A stretch of DNA of 63,487 nucleotides, filler included, from Choristocarpus tenellus KU-1152 (GCA_964200185.2; 7 parts of 7 records of this genome joined end to end with filler, not necessarily neighbours in it), one strand, 5' to 3'. Positions 37,825 to 51,639 are shown, counted from the whole stretch's first letter. Numbers and translations: made by a program. Notes: a model not told the origin generated them from the letters alone.

Positions 37825-39595
37825 TATGTTCACTTTTACTCCTGATTCTTGACATAGGTCTTGGACCAGGGCATAGGAGACGACCCAGAAGAAGAGGGCA
37901 TCCACATTTGTGACAATGTTGAGGTAAGGAAGGCTGAACAATTCAGCAGTATAATAGCATACTTGGTACTATACTATTTAATAGTAAAAGCCTCGTCTAT
38001 TTTAGTGTGTACACAAATTGCATAGTCATATAATATAGTTCAGCGCAATAGAGTACGGTATACTACTATCTGGTTCTTAGCGTATAGTTACAGGAGGTGC
38101 AAGGGAAGACCATGTGGTCGAGGGGGGGTTACCAGAGTTGAGGATGGAGAGGTTGGGTTGGGGCTGAGAAAGGCTAGGATTTGAGTGACATGGCAGAGCT
38201 GTCGAATACTTTGAAACGAAATGATCATCAATAACATGCAACTTAGTGGTTAGGGTCAGGGTTAGGGTTAGGGAATACAAAAGCGAGGCAAATGAGGTAT
38301 GGTATGGTTGGCAGGCTCTTACATCAGTAGAGATAGATGGGGCAGAGGGTCTACTGGTGGAAGTAATAACATGATGCTGATGTAAGCCCAGGGTTATGGC
38401 TATAGAAGCATCTCTTTTCAGTGAAAAATGACAAGAAATACAGTTGTAGAAGCAATGCACCACCAAGATCATTGGGCAGACAGCACAAAAGAGGAGAGAG
38501 ATCAAATGGAGGGGAGGGTGAAGGGNNNNNNNNNNNNNNNNNNNNNNNNNNNNNNNNNNNNNNNNNNNNTTAATTAATTAANNNNNNNNNNNNNNNNNNN
38601 NNNNNNNNNNNNNNNNNNNNNNNNNGGCGGTGGGGTTGGGGGGGGGGGAATGAAAAGAAACACAACCCCCCAGTGGCGGGATCATGGATCATGAGTTGTC
38701 AGACCTCACTCTTACAATGCATTCCGATATAACCGATTCATGAACTGTCTGCTTGTCACAAGCTGTGTAGTTCAAAAAGGGTCTTGTGTACACACAAGCC
38801 CCCGAAATGTGTGTTGTGTACAACCCACCATAAGAGTACTTCAATTGAGGGATAGTGGTAAGGGTTAGTTCAAAAGGGTCTTGTGTACACCCAAGTCCCC
38901 AAAATATTAATGACCCAACACGAGATTGCTTTGAGGTAAGGGTGAGGGTCTTGATCGGGGGGGGGGGTCACTGCACCACTAACCCTAACCCTAAGGACAA
39001 AGACATGAGAGCAATTAAAATAGCTAAGGACAAGTACAAGGTGCGAATATTTTCGATGTATAGTGCTCCCTTTATGAGGGCAGCTTTCTTGCACTCTATA
39101 CAGACGGTCAGCAGGAAAGGTCACCAATCAACTAGTTCACCAACTCAATATACACTTCCCAACTGATAAACAGTATAACAGAGACACAAAGCATCACCTC
39201 TACTGCCATGAGGTAATATATCATTTACTGATCAGATCAACCCATTCCACAAGACATACATAGACCATGAACCCCACATCATGACGAATAACTTTCTAAA
39301 CACCACTCCCAACTGCCCAAAATATACCCCACCCCCGACACAAGCCCCTGGGAGTCCCACAAACAAAAACAATTACTAAAGAAACTTTAAAATCTGCAGC
39401 ATACACACCTACTCACTCCCTCCTACCACAACGCCTTTCATCAAAACCTTCACTGTGCAAACACCGGAAAATTAATAATAAATAATAGCACTGTCGGGGA
39501 GGAAAATCTTAAATCAGGTATTGCAGTACCCCCCACCCACTCCGTCGTCTCCAATCCTCACAGCATCACCAATAAAACAGAACCGAACAACTCAC

Positions 39596-39928
39596 CAGTC
39601 TGCCACTCGGATGCGGCTCACTGTATCGGAGGACAAACTGATCCCTGTGGGTCTCATCACCAAGCCATGAAAAAGGGTCCACCCTGGGCTTGAACTCTTT
39701 GTGCACAGGCACCTCGTAGGAGTCTGGTAGGTCCGCTAGTCGAGACAGCTGTTCAAAAGGGAAAACCTAGCACAAGACAGAACAGATTTATTTTAAATGG
39801 GTTGTAAATAAAAATGGAACCAAGGAGGAAAGGGGGGGGGGGGGGGGGTGAGGGGGCTAGTTGTAAAAAAACTGATGAATTTTCCCTAGAACAGAGTTGT
39901 TTGGTGGGGGTTAGTTATNNNNNNNNNG

Positions 39929-39975
<47 letters not shown>

Positions 39976-41880
39976 GAGAGGGCTAGCTGTACATATACTG
40001 ATGAATTCTCCCTAGCACAGAGTTGTTTGTTGTGGTTCAGTTATGTGGCAAGCTTTAGATTCTGACGTCACACAATTCTGTGTTCGGTGTGAGCGCATAC
40101 ATGCTTCAAAGAACCAAAATCGTTTCAACAATAATTATATGCGGAGTTACACAGGGTGGCATCTCTTATCGGATAGACTTGACTGAAATATCCTTATTTT
40201 ATTATGGATATTGTTTGACACTTTATACTCCTTGGTATGTACAACATCTGCCAGTGCTGATTCTATTGAATTGCATACAATCACACACAGCTAGTTCGAT
40301 AGATCCTCCACACAAACTTAGTAATCTCCTTCATTCGTGACGCACACTACTTGAAAAAAAAGTGACCTGAGACAGGTGAAACAATATCGCTGTCATGGAG
40401 TACTGCACCATCAAACCAAAAAGGAGCACCTTGAAGTACAGAAACAATCAACAAAAACGCAACCAAGAATGTGTGTGCTTCTACAAAACGACACCAATTT
40501 GACTAGATCAGAACACAAACACAACGTAGTAGGCAGTATTCCAACATTTCCAGCCCCACCCAAAAAGGACACACTCATACACACCTACAATACATTATAC
40601 AAACTGAATCCTGCACTCCAACATGTCGAATGCATGCACACAATCAATCTTACCTCATCAGCCTTTCAAATAGAACCTCTACATTAAAACCAAAAATTTC
40701 TTTTCCTTCTTTTATCTAGGAAATCAGTAGACGGTGGACTGGTATAACCCAATGATTTCTTTTTTTTTAACTCTCACAGTAAAACTCCCCACATACTGTC
40801 AACCGTTTTGTTTTAACGCCGTATCATACCATACCATACCATACCGTATTGTATCAAATAATATCGTGCGGATGACGAAACCCTGACCCTTTCTAAACAC
40901 TGTCCCTCACCTTGATCATGTGGTGCTTGTCCAACTGCCACCCATTCAAGGTAGTGACAGCCTTCTTCGCGTCCTCAGAAGCAGTGAAGTTCACAAAGGC
41001 AAAACCCTGAGTCATGCCAGCTGAGTCATCAAAGGGCAGTGTCAGACCATCATCCGGTATTGGCCCTATGCGCAGGAACACTTTCCGGACCACCCCCATA
41101 AGTTTGTCACGCTTCTCGATGCCCACCTTAGGGATTGGATTTTTTTTAAAGGATAATAATAATGATAATACAGAGGGCTTATGAGAGATGCAACAAAGCA
41201 CAAGCGAGAGCCTTTCATCAAAAGCAAAGAGGTGCACGATGGTGTAGTGCGGAATGGAGGACCTTGGTCAGTGATCCTGAGGATGTATTTAAACTTGAGT
41301 CCCATACAGTGTCTCGTGGGGAAGTGAATAAACCAATCAAAGAAGCACTCTTTAGACAGGAAAAGGTGAGGCATTTTAATTATTGTTTTTGCCTTTGGTG
41401 TGATTGACCAACAAGATATCTGCAGCAAGATACGTTTTGAAATAGTTGTGCTTGAGTAGAAACGCATGTGAGGTGATGGAGCACAACAAAAAATACAAAT
41501 AGATTACGTGGTGACAGTAAAAATAACCTACGGACACACTTTGCACTTTTTAGAGAGAGAGAAACAGTTGCAATAACCAAAGGCGGCAATGTATCTTCCA
41601 ACAATTGTTTAGATGTCGAGAAGGGTGTGGCCATACACAATCTTTAAGCACTACAAAACCGACTGTAGGGTTTATCCATGCAAAACTACCCTTACAACTC
41701 GCAGCATTCACTAACCTTGGGGAGATTAGAGACGGCAATCGCCGTGGAAAAGTCCACCTTCATCTCAGGCTTCTCAAAACCCGTCAGATCCTCTCCCTCG
41801 TCATCAGACATATACTCTGCCAACTCATCCATATCGAGTTCATCGTCATACTCTTGCTCCACGTAATAGTTGTCACCCAT
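39596..41880 (-). CDS. eIF3b: Eukaryotic translation initiation factor 3 subunit B, first three coding exons (3' end lost at the contig break)
   Basis: Exons 41880-41716, 41126-40911, 39766-39596, all phase 0. Acidic N-terminus, then AIAVSNLPKVGIEKRDKLMGVVRKVF..PFDDSAGMTQGFAFVNF..AVTTLNGWQLDKHHMIKV..SWLGDETHRDQFVLRY, the eIF3b RRM and following segment. Confidence 0.92.
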
Positions 41881-43444
41881 GATAATTTGAGCCTGGCAAG
41901 GACGTAATAGGGAAGATGTCACTCAAAACAGAGCAGTGTGTTAGAGAGTCAACGTCATCCAAGGGCATTGCCGCATATGCGTTCTTATATCGTGCATATA
42001 CAGCATGAGTTGGACAGCGGCATCACACCCGAGGGACAAACAAGACGTGTCACCACTGACTTGATCAAATCTAAACCGTTCTTAGACTATTCCTGCGGTC
42101 TCCGACCATAATAGGTAGTGAACTGTGCATAAGATCATCGATCAAAATTGTACTACAGAAGGTGCCCGATCAACCATTACTGAGAGACAAAGGAAGAGAT
42201 TTAGGCAATTATCCCTATACAAAGTATAATTCTTGGTGACAGAAAACCAGGCAGTCCCTTTCTCCAGAAAGATGGTATGTTCCACACTTATCCATGTACG
42301 CAATTCGAAAAAAGTTATTAGTCATTGTGCACAACCTTCTCAGACACAAATGAGGAGGGCAAGATTCCGCAGCCCTCCCATCAGGATATTACCTAGTCCA
42401 CTAAAACTCACTTAAGCTAGTATAGCGTGCACAGCAGTTCACTTCCTCCATGAGGACACCTGCAAACGTAAACCTAACACCATCGCACACAGTAGTGGGG
42501 CGTCCTTCGCACCAATGTCAACTACCTTCAGGATTTCCTTGAACGTTTAGAGAAGAAGAAGGTTTAAGATACTTCTATCCTCGCCGTACACTCAATACTT
42601 TCCCATCAGTACAGGTTTTAGAGCACCAATGCCAGTATGCTAACTTGACTTTCTGTCACTCCCCATCCCCAATAATTTTTTCACATTTGTTGAGGAAGAG
42701 CGTTTTTCTTGCGCGTACCCTGGCAACAATTACACCACACCGGCATTGCACCCCAGATAGAGAATGATCCTACCACACCTCTACCTCATGTACAACCCCT
42801 CACCCCTCACCTGTGAAACTTCTATAGGAGGATGAGGATGAGAGGCTGAGGACCATCACATTCGCGCAACAAGATTGCGCGATTCACGAGGTGTGTTCAT
42901 ATATCGCTCGCCACTAGAAATATATATGTTCAAATATTTTTCCATTTTTTTTTATGAGGGTGAAAGTGAAATGTGAGAGAAAGTGGAGTGGAGTGGAGTA
43001 TTCTGGACCACATACAAAAGTCTCGTCAACGAAGTGTGTGTCATAAGGGATAAAAATGCAATCAGACTGTGACTGCCACAGGTATTGTATAAGCGTTCTC
43101 GTGGCTCAGTGGCTAAGGCGGCGACCTTTTGCGTCAATTTACGGGGTCAAGGCCCTTCTGATCCCAGACTTTTTATAAAATATCTGTTTTTGAAGATGTG
43201 TTTTCCAAGTGGCAAGGATAATGGGTTTGTGGCACAATTACACCAGACCAGGACCAAGACGAAAGAACTTGGGGACGGATCAAGAAGTTTCGAGGGAGGA
43301 AACGGAGCAATGTTTGGTGTATGTGGTGAACCCAACCCTCGAGAGAAGCAAGGCAAGAACGGAGGCAATACAATTTGTCGCAGTGCAACATTTAGTCAGT
43401 AGCTAGTACGAGAAGTAGTACAAAATGTAGTGCCTCGTGCCTCT

Positions 43445-43623
43445 GGCTCAGAGTATCTAGGGGGGGTGGCGGCTGTCCATTCGGACCGCATTTTCCCATG
43501 TCGCGATTCTAGGGTGATTTGGTTGCATGAATCGGATGAATAATGTAGGTGCACTTTTCCTGGTCAGGGTCCAAATGGACATCCTGGTGTAGACCCCCCC
43601 CCACCCCCCAGATATTTTGAACC
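43445..43623 (+). mobile_element. Short MITE family B (~180 bp) sharing the AGTATCT terminal core with family A; second copy at 45104-45273; termini abut gaps at 30019-30040, 21918-21937 and 52620-52636
   Basis: ctcagagtatctagggggg..ggctgtccatt..ccaaatggaca..gtgtagaccc..cccagatattttga; the 45104 copy is near-identical in layout. Confidence 0.75.
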
Positions 43624-44616
43624 TCTTACCATGCAGGTCGGGGTCATCCACGACTACTGCGCAATGAATAAGAACAAAAGTTCACTTTGAAGTTCTGTTG
43701 TCCAGGTAGCCACACACTCATACCACTCCTGTTGGCTAGTGACCTCGTGTCCCCACACTCAACTCCATCCCAGACTTGTCAAGGTCATCTTTGAGATATG
43801 TCGAACCAGATCTTCTCTCGTCTATCTTGCTTCTGTTTTCCATTTGCAAGCTCACCAAACATCAATATCTTGGGAATTCACTCATTTCCATGACCATCTT
43901 CACAACATTTCTGTACTAAACGGATTTCGATGAGTATTAGCTTGGATTAATGCCAAAACGTCTAACAGCATTTCATGCTTAAAGCACTGCAAACAATGGT
44001 GTGTACCATGAGCGTTTTCTCTTTAAGTGGATGACGTACCAAACGTTGGGGGAGAAAAATGGGTCATTTCACCTCCACATAAGTTGTGATGTCAAATATT
44101 TCTGTTCCTTTATGTTTTAGTTGAAGATTATGGCTGATTGTCATATTTTTCGTTTTTTGCCTTGAAACTACAACCTGTTCTCACATCAGGTGAGCAAGTG
44201 GTCCATGTACAGTGGGTGTATCTATGTAAGAGAGTTCGATACAAGATTATGGGGTATAAGAGTGGGTAAATTGCCTTGTCACGACTGTTCAGGGTATAAG
44301 AGAGGTTTTGGCGTTTTCCTGTCAATTCTCTCTTATATCGAGCAAACTCGCATTTTTTTTCATAGTTGACCGAACGGTTTCCCAAAAAGCCATACCGAAA
44401 GTTAAGCAAAATACAACAAAGCCACAAAGCTGCTCAGGACCAGCAGCACACATCATAGCAGTCTTTTGTCTCTCAGTACTGCACAGTACAGTATATACAG
44501 TATATCACATCAAGTTTAGACGACTGCAATGTACAGATAAGGATGCCTTGCGCAGTGGGATCCAGCTGCAACATACAGGGTGATACTCCTGGCCCGCCAC
44601 ACTATACATGCCATAA

Positions 44617-44706
44617 GAGTGAAAGTATCTTCGATGGTACGATTTTTGCCTGGTTTGTCTGTTTAGGGCTTGGCTTTCCACAGGCGTTTTATGACGTTTT
44701 ACCTAA
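44617..44706 (-). mobile_element. Truncated MITE family A end
   Basis: gagtgaaagtatcttcgatggtacgatttttgcctggtttgtctgtttagggcttggctttcc, after which homology stops. Confidence 0.75.
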
Positions 44707-45403
44707 ATAACACATACACAATGAAGAGTGCAGGATAACTTTGACACTGCAGTATACCTTCACTCGATCAAATCGTCCAACCAAAACTTCAAACTCATTC
44801 GCCAAACGGTCAATCATGTAAACAACCGTATTAATTTCAATATTTGTATCTGATTCATATACCCAAACATCGATCATTCAAGCTCAACCTTCACAGAATT
44901 GTATACTACCTCACCCCCGCCACTCAATACATGTCCACCTTGCATAGTAGATGATTGAAGGAATACATTGAACTTAGAGGATTTCTTATTGTGTTTCATT
45001 TTTGTTCTACTGCTAAAATATTAATAACAGAATGTGGTCCCTCACATTTACGACCTATCCATCTGTGGTTATATTTTCAGGATTTTTCACCAGGGTAGGA
45101 ATTTGGCCCAAAGTATCTGGGAGGGGGTAGCGGCTGTCCATTTGGGGTCAATTTTTTCATGTCGTGATTTTTGGGTGATTTGGTTGCATATGTCCGATGG
45201 ATAATGTAAATACACTTTTCCTGATTTTTTTAACCCAAATGGACACCCTAGTGTAGACCCGCCCTCCAACCCCNNNNNNNNNNNNNNNNNNNNNNNNNNN
45301 NNNNNNNNNNNNNNNNNTTAATTAATTAANNNNNNNNNNNNNNNNNNNNNNNNNNNNNNNNNNNNNNNNNNNNAGAGGGGGGAGAGGGGGTACGAACACC
45401 CAC

Positions 45404-45582
45404 CTAGCTCTGACAGCCTCTTCCGCATCTCGTGGATCGTCAAACGTGACAAACCCGAACGCAGGAGGTCGCTCAGGTGTCTTTAGTTGGACATCGGTGA
45501 TCTTGCCATATTTGTAAAAAATATCCTCCAAGTCCTTCTCTTTAATATCCATGGGAAGGTTCCCCACGTAGAGACGCGCCAT
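45404..45582 (-). CDS. SR splicing factor SRSF1/ASF-SF2-like, first coding exon (RRM1); remainder lost at the contig break
   Basis: [60 protein letters not shown] followed by donor gtgggt. A probable 5'UTR intron spans 46072-45592. Confidence 0.9.
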
Positions 45583-46376
45583 GGTTTTTAACTGAACTTT
45601 TCAACCAGTATAGCTACTGAGGAAGGGGTGGCGAGGGGTGGAAATACCATGTAGACAAATTTAACGAAGTCAAAAGCAGATATACTAGGGAAGTCGAAGG
45701 TGTCGATATAGTAACTGTCAGCTAAAGACGGAGAAGGTTCCTGTGATTTATATGTAACTGGGGACGAGAAGTTGGGCATGGACCTGTTGAGGGAAAATAT
45801 ATCTTTTCGCCGATTGGGATAGAGGTGCCTCAGGTGTCCAGTAGTACAGTCAACAGCAAAAAAAATGCACCAGTAAACGTTTGTAGGTACTAAGGAGTTC
45901 TGTGGAGAGAATAAAACGTCCAACTCTCGCATTCTGTTTACTTTTTGACATCCAGGGTGTTGGGCTTTCCCCGCCCTCTACAATACCGTGATCTTCCTCT
46001 GGGTACATTGCGAGGAACTGTGAAAAACTGCTAATATTCCTCCAGAAGTCTCAACTTGATAAAAGATCTCACCTTCTTCCCTTGTGATGATGTGTTAATA
46101 GAGCCTTCGTGAAGCCCTTGGTTAACGTTGGAGTGGGTATTGTTGTAAGGTTGTTCATGGCTGGGGTAGGCCTTTGCATGCGCGCGGCATCACGCGAAGA
46201 AGAAGAAATAAAAAAATGGTGTATGCTTGTTCTCATTTTGGTGATGTCATCTCTGTCATGTCACACATACACACTCAATTACCAAATTGTGTACATATTG
46301 TAGAGTTATAGAGGTACCTCGGCTGAACCCAAACTGACCCAAACATTATTGCAGTTGCTGGTTTGGCACTGCTTCC

Positions 46377-47413
46377 ATGATGATTCGCTACCAAAATTGG
46401 GTGCTCCTTATCCTTGTGTTCTATGTAGCTGTAGCTAACTGGGGGCTAGTACCTGCTTGCAAAGGAAACAACCTCGCCTCGCCCAACATCCTCCAGAGGT
46501 CTCACACAGCTCCTCGCGGAATAGGAAGTGTAGAGCAACTGTCGAAGCTCAGGCAAGTTGATAGATCCAGTCAGTATAATACTGAATATCTCACCCCTGT
46601 CACAAAGGTAACTGTGTCACACCATGCGTGATTGATAGCGAACTCGTCCCGCTATCTATAGACCGTCGCTTCTACCTTGTCACTGCAACGGTATGATGCC
46701 CTTCAGTCCCGTCGGCAACTTCATGGCCGATGGACGGACTCTTTGATATGTCTGTCGTGCTCAAAATATTGCAATGGTATCCCTTTCGGGGGCGTGAACA
46801 CCCTCCTCGTCATCATATTGCTCTTCCTGCACTGTCTCTTGGTACCTCGTCCTGAATTGATCCCACATAGTCTCATTTTCGCCACACAATTGCGTTTTTC
46901 TAGAGGTGGCTATACATCGGGTGAAAAGAGCTTCAGCCGTCAGCATGCAGCACCGAAGCATCCTTCAGAAGATGGAGGGCAGCTGCAACTAGCTGTGGAA
47001 GGAGGGGGACTAGGAGGCTCCAGTGTTCATGTGAGGAGGTTCTTTCTTGACTGTTGGGCACCTGGAATGGGTATCTGAACATGTCTAAGGGTTGGGAAAA
47101 ACCCAAGAGGTGATGCTGGGGGACTTACGGATGTTCTACGTGGTTGAAATCCAATAAAACAAGATGTCCCTGCAGAGACCAAGCATCTACATGCCATGGT
47201 TTTCTTCTTGAGCAACTGGCATCTCTTCCTTGCTGTGGTCAAACGAATGCATATTTATCAAAGGAGGGTAACGAATCTCGCTTATCCCTTCCTTTGTTTC
47301 ACATTCTGGATCGGTTGGCACTTGTGGAGCGCTCCAGCATGTGGAGAATCCCGAGGGAGAGATGTCTGTGTCGACAGCAATCATGAATATAGTGGCGGAC
47401 CTTTGCCCGCATG
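46377..47413 (+). CDS. Probable transmembrane amino-acid transporter (Aa_trans type) with N-terminal signal peptide; only 5' exons found
   Basis: Phase-consistent exons 46377-46607, 46662-46690, 46904-47030, 47338-47413. Hydrophobic leader WVLLILVFYVAVA, then LQRGG, then GEMSVSTAIMNIVADLCPHG, which resembles TM1 of Aa_trans proteins. The first intron is only 54 nt, so the exon model is tentative. Confidence 0.55.
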
Positions 47414-48673
47414 GTAAGACTTGCAATTCATGGGGCATGGTACATAACTACATAGAGATTTTGCCAAGCACCTGTGGTTGGTTGCTGCCCTTTTTCTTCC
47501 CCATAAGCGTAGGTAGCCTCTGGTGTTCAACTATGGATCACTTTACACTGTGTGTGGAGGTTGATCAACAGGATTGCATATTGAAAGTTAAGCAACATAT
47601 GTATCTCTCAGCAGAGATTCTAGCCATATATAAATGTATACAAATGTGGATACCGATGAATGGGTGATGAGGTGTTTCCTTGAATTTCAGCACCAGTGGG
47701 AGGCATTTTGTGTTCTATTTTTGTTTGTTTACTGTTTATAGGGCTATATCATCAGACTCGACAAAAATAAGACCATTATGAGCTTTCTGTGCTTTTTAGT
47801 TGAACCACCCCCCCCTCCCCCCCCCCTCCCCCTTCCATGTTGAAATGGGAAGTTTGGCTGCAGGATAGTAAGTTGTCTACACCTGAGTATGAATGGAGGT
47901 TCAAAGCCTGCTGTAAAGAGCCACTAGGAAGTCATTACTCCTGTTTGTCGTGAATGACGACAACCTGTGAACTGAAAAAGTCTGTAGAACAGGTTCTTTG
48001 CATCATGCTCTCAGCGGCAAGCAATGGATGACCACAACAAACTGATGACCACAACAAACTCCTTGTATGTCGCTGACACCTTCACTTCCCCTACTGCTGC
48101 TGTTGGCGACTGAAGCAATGGTGATTCTGTTGTAGTAGGTGATTGACTTAGCTGCAACCGAATACTCTTCCCCGGGTGTCTTCAGGATACTTGTTTGTCG
48201 ATCTTTTCGAGTATTTTCAGCACTCCCTTGGTCACCCGTCTCCCTTTGCTGTTTGTATTTGTAGCTCTTGCGAGAGGGGAGAAGCATCTACGATTGCACT
48301 GACTGCAACTTCCAGGCTTATCTTTTCCCAGTAGCGTGTAACTGTCACTACTGCAGCTACATGAATGTTTTGCTACCACCACAAAACTGTTGCATAACAG
48401 TTACAAGAATACTCACAACTGTTGCGTAACAGTTACAAGAATACTCACAGATCCTGTGTGCATCTCTCGCTTGCTGGTTAGTCCAAAAGCGGGACACGTA
48501 AATCAGATTAGGCGTGTGTTTCCTCTCTCTTTACTTTTTGCAAGCGTCTATTCTTTCATTCTCACGACTAAAATATTTCCACTAGCAGGTGCTGTCACTG
48601 CTATGACTTTTCATTTTGCTTCCCCCCCCCTTCCCCAACTGTGGTGTTGCAAAGCCTTCAAAACCACTCTCAC

Positions 48674-50968
48674 CTTTCGTACCCCAAAGACGTGAATAAA
48701 CAGGAAAGTGAAAGTGTCCAGTACTGTCACGGAGAGAGATGATGGTATCAATAGTTATCACAACAATATGCCACAAGAATCGATAAAAAAGGTATGGGAA
48801 GGAGGGGTCTAATTGAATAGTGGTACAATGCCAGGGGGTCAAGAGGCCAGTCACACTGGGAAAGCTGTTCAAGCATACTCTGGTGCAATTGGATTCAGTC
48901 GCAGGGGGGCTTCACTTTGGGGCTAGGCTTGTGGCAGGGGTGCGATATGTGAAGCCAAAATGTTGAGAGTTCTAAGGATTAGATGCAGTATTCAGTGTCC
49001 AGTAACCCTAACCCTAACCCAAATACTAGTCCTAACCCGAAGTCAAGCTGTCAATACTGAAAAGGTGACCTGCAGAATAGTGGTATTGGACCAAAAGCTA
49101 ACAGAAACCCAACTGAAGTTTGCTTCATAGTTACCATTTGTTCACGGAGTTGGGAATCCTAACCCTAACCCTAACCCTAACCCTTGGTCTAGAGAAACTC
49201 CAACACCCAAGATGAAGGACTCTTTGCCTTGCCACAAGTACTTTATCACTAAAGACTTTATCGCTAAACACCATTCCATCCTAGGATCTTGATGATCTGC
49301 TGCAATGTATAGTAACCCGAACCCTAACCCTATAGTATCTACATTACAAATGTGCAAACCCTATGAGGCCATTGGGGGCAAGCAAGGGCTTTGTCTTAAT
49401 TTTTGCATCCATTGCACAAATATAATGCCTCTTGGATAAACAATTCCACATAGCACATGGAGAAATCGTAATACACACATGATTTCATGCTGCCCGATTG
49501 CAGTCTGTGGCATGCTGTTTATCTGGTCCTGGCCTAGTCCACCCTTTGCTTTTGCATACACTACAGTCAGACGGCATGCCTATCACAATCGAAATTCCCA
49601 ACACCTACCCCAGGCCCTGAGTCATTTTGAGTCCAGTGACAGATCCTAAGATCTCTCACAGGTTTCTCACCAGTGAGTAGACATCCCACCCACAATGGAA
49701 TTCCCAGCAAAATGTTAAAACCAATGGCTGACCCCAAGACCTCTTGTATGTCACTGCCAATAACGGCAAGCTCTGTCATTACCCACAGCAGCATCGAAAC
49801 TGGCCTTGGGTAGTTCTGCCGGCATATATCGGCAAGGTGTGTTCCCGTTATCACACCTAACCGTGCTGCCAGGCTCTGCAACAGGAGTCCAAGGATGTGA
49901 GCAAGGAGCAAGACCCACAGTAGCTGGTAGCCTGTATATGCCCCTGTCTGTAAGACGGCAAGTGCACGTCAGATTACATTTTGATGGTTTCAACGCATAA
50001 GTGTCGAAGAATTCCAATGCTGAAGCCATTGTCGCAGCAGGTCCAGTGGGTACCTACTCACAATCCCTCAGTGCAAGCAATAGTTTACTTCTTTGTTATG
50101 GATTTTTTTATAAGATCCTGTCGAATAGGACCCCGGAGAAGTCAACAATGAATTCCCCCTCTCAATCAAGTGCTACACGTTAGATGGACACCTTATCTCA
50201 TGTAGGGACCAATAGGGATGGTGTTAGACCTGCAAGATTCCAAAATATAACATTTGCAAGAGAACTAAATCGTCGGGTGCAGCCCAAACATGAGAGTGAG
50301 GTAGCACATTCCACCCACACTTATTTCAACATCTTGGTCGAAAACAGGGGTATAGTAACATCAAGACAGCCTTACGCAATACTTGGTCACTCACGCAAAG
50401 CGCATTCTCGATCCTTGAGAAGCACATAGGATCTGGCACCTACCCTCAAGAACTCATGGACCATAGGAGATCCTCTGATTTCCAGGCACCAGCATCCTAC
50501 ACATCCCCCAAGCAATTCCCACATGTTATACCTTTGATAGTCACAACAACAAACCTACAAGGAAGGAATAATACAATCTCCTGAGTGTCACCTGCAAATC
50601 CGCCTCAAGATTTCCTGGATCAAGATAGGCGATGCAAACGAGAAATCCTGGCCCAACATACGCTACAAGAGTAGACCAGCTTATCCAAGCCCCTTCAGGT
50701 TCATCGGGAATATCGTGCACATCTCCACGGTTACTTAGGTGCAGCCCTTCCATCACCAATCTTTTCCCAACTTGACCCTGTATCAAGCAACGACACGGCG
50801 GTCGTATTGGGATAGCAGCATTCCACAGTAACTTCCACAAAAAAATATCCCACTACAAAACCATTCACACAGAGACCGTTTGAGATAGGTAGCCACCTCA
50901 CTCTGTCACGGTACCTGTTCCTCCAGTTCGAGAGAGTTTCGCTCACTAATGGCGTCACTATTGTCCAT
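48674..50968 (-). CDS. NRAMP (SLC11) divalent metal transporter, first four exons; downstream exons not found
   Basis: Exons 50968-50915, 50777-50592, 49947-49671, 48723-48674 give [98 protein letters not shown], with the DPGN motif intact. Confidence 0.92.
49003..49331. repeat. Short interstitial telomere-like (CCCTAA)n tracts in an NRAMP intron; also at 38249-38272 and 38980-38993
   Basis: taaccctaaccctaaccc (49003) and cctaaccctaaccctaaccctaaccc (49158). Confidence 0.75.
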
Positions 50969-51639
50969 CAAGAGCTCGTAGCGCAACATTCAACACTGCC
51001 AACAGCGGAGAACACCTTACCCACTAGGTAGAGACGACCGGACGGGAAAGTATAGACGACCATCAGGTCGAATCGCACAGAAAAGGTTGCATCGGGAAAG
51101 TTTATGAAGTAATCTGAGTTTTGTGGGTGGAAGAATTCTGGTTGGTTGGGGGCACAAGGCAAGGAAGGGGATAGTAAAGAAATAAAAGTATCAAGGAGGG
51201 AGCGAAGAGTTAAATATTTAGTGGTTAAGAAAATAGGTGGCAGATGGAGGCAAAAAAAGGGGAAAAGGAATAAACAGTATTGAATCGAAGAGGAAACATG
51301 AGGCTGGGGGACAAGACGAGGAGGGCTAGATCAAGAGGACCCCCGAGCAAGCTTTCGCACCCACCCGCCCTGTCGCATGCTCACGATCGACTTGGATCTT
51401 AGGGTGGGAGGGGAGGTCAAGTTCGGGTGGGGTAGACGTCTTCCAGCTCAAAGGCACAGTATGAAGGGGATGATGAAGGGGGATTCTTGGATGATTGTGG
51501 AGTGGTGTTGAGTGGTGTTGAATGGTGTGGTGGAGTGGTAAGTGGGGTGGGGTTGACTAGAGTGGCAACTGGAGTGGTAACTGGTGGGGAGTTGACTGGG
51601 ATTGACTGGGATTGAATAGGGTTGAAAGGGGTAGTAGAG

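Noticed and set aside
36375-37923. Plus-strand two-exon gene ([10 protein letters not shown]...VLDQGIGDDPEEE)
   Set aside because: The first segment is the antisense shadow of the CDK exon.
43057-44190. Gene divergent from eIF3b (short + ORFs with splice-like sites)
   Set aside because: Reading frames are ambiguous and there is no recognisable domain.
49003-49331. Chromosome end or telomere fusion
   Set aside because: There are only 3-4 units per tract, inside an intron of NRAMP, whose exons continue in phase on both sides.
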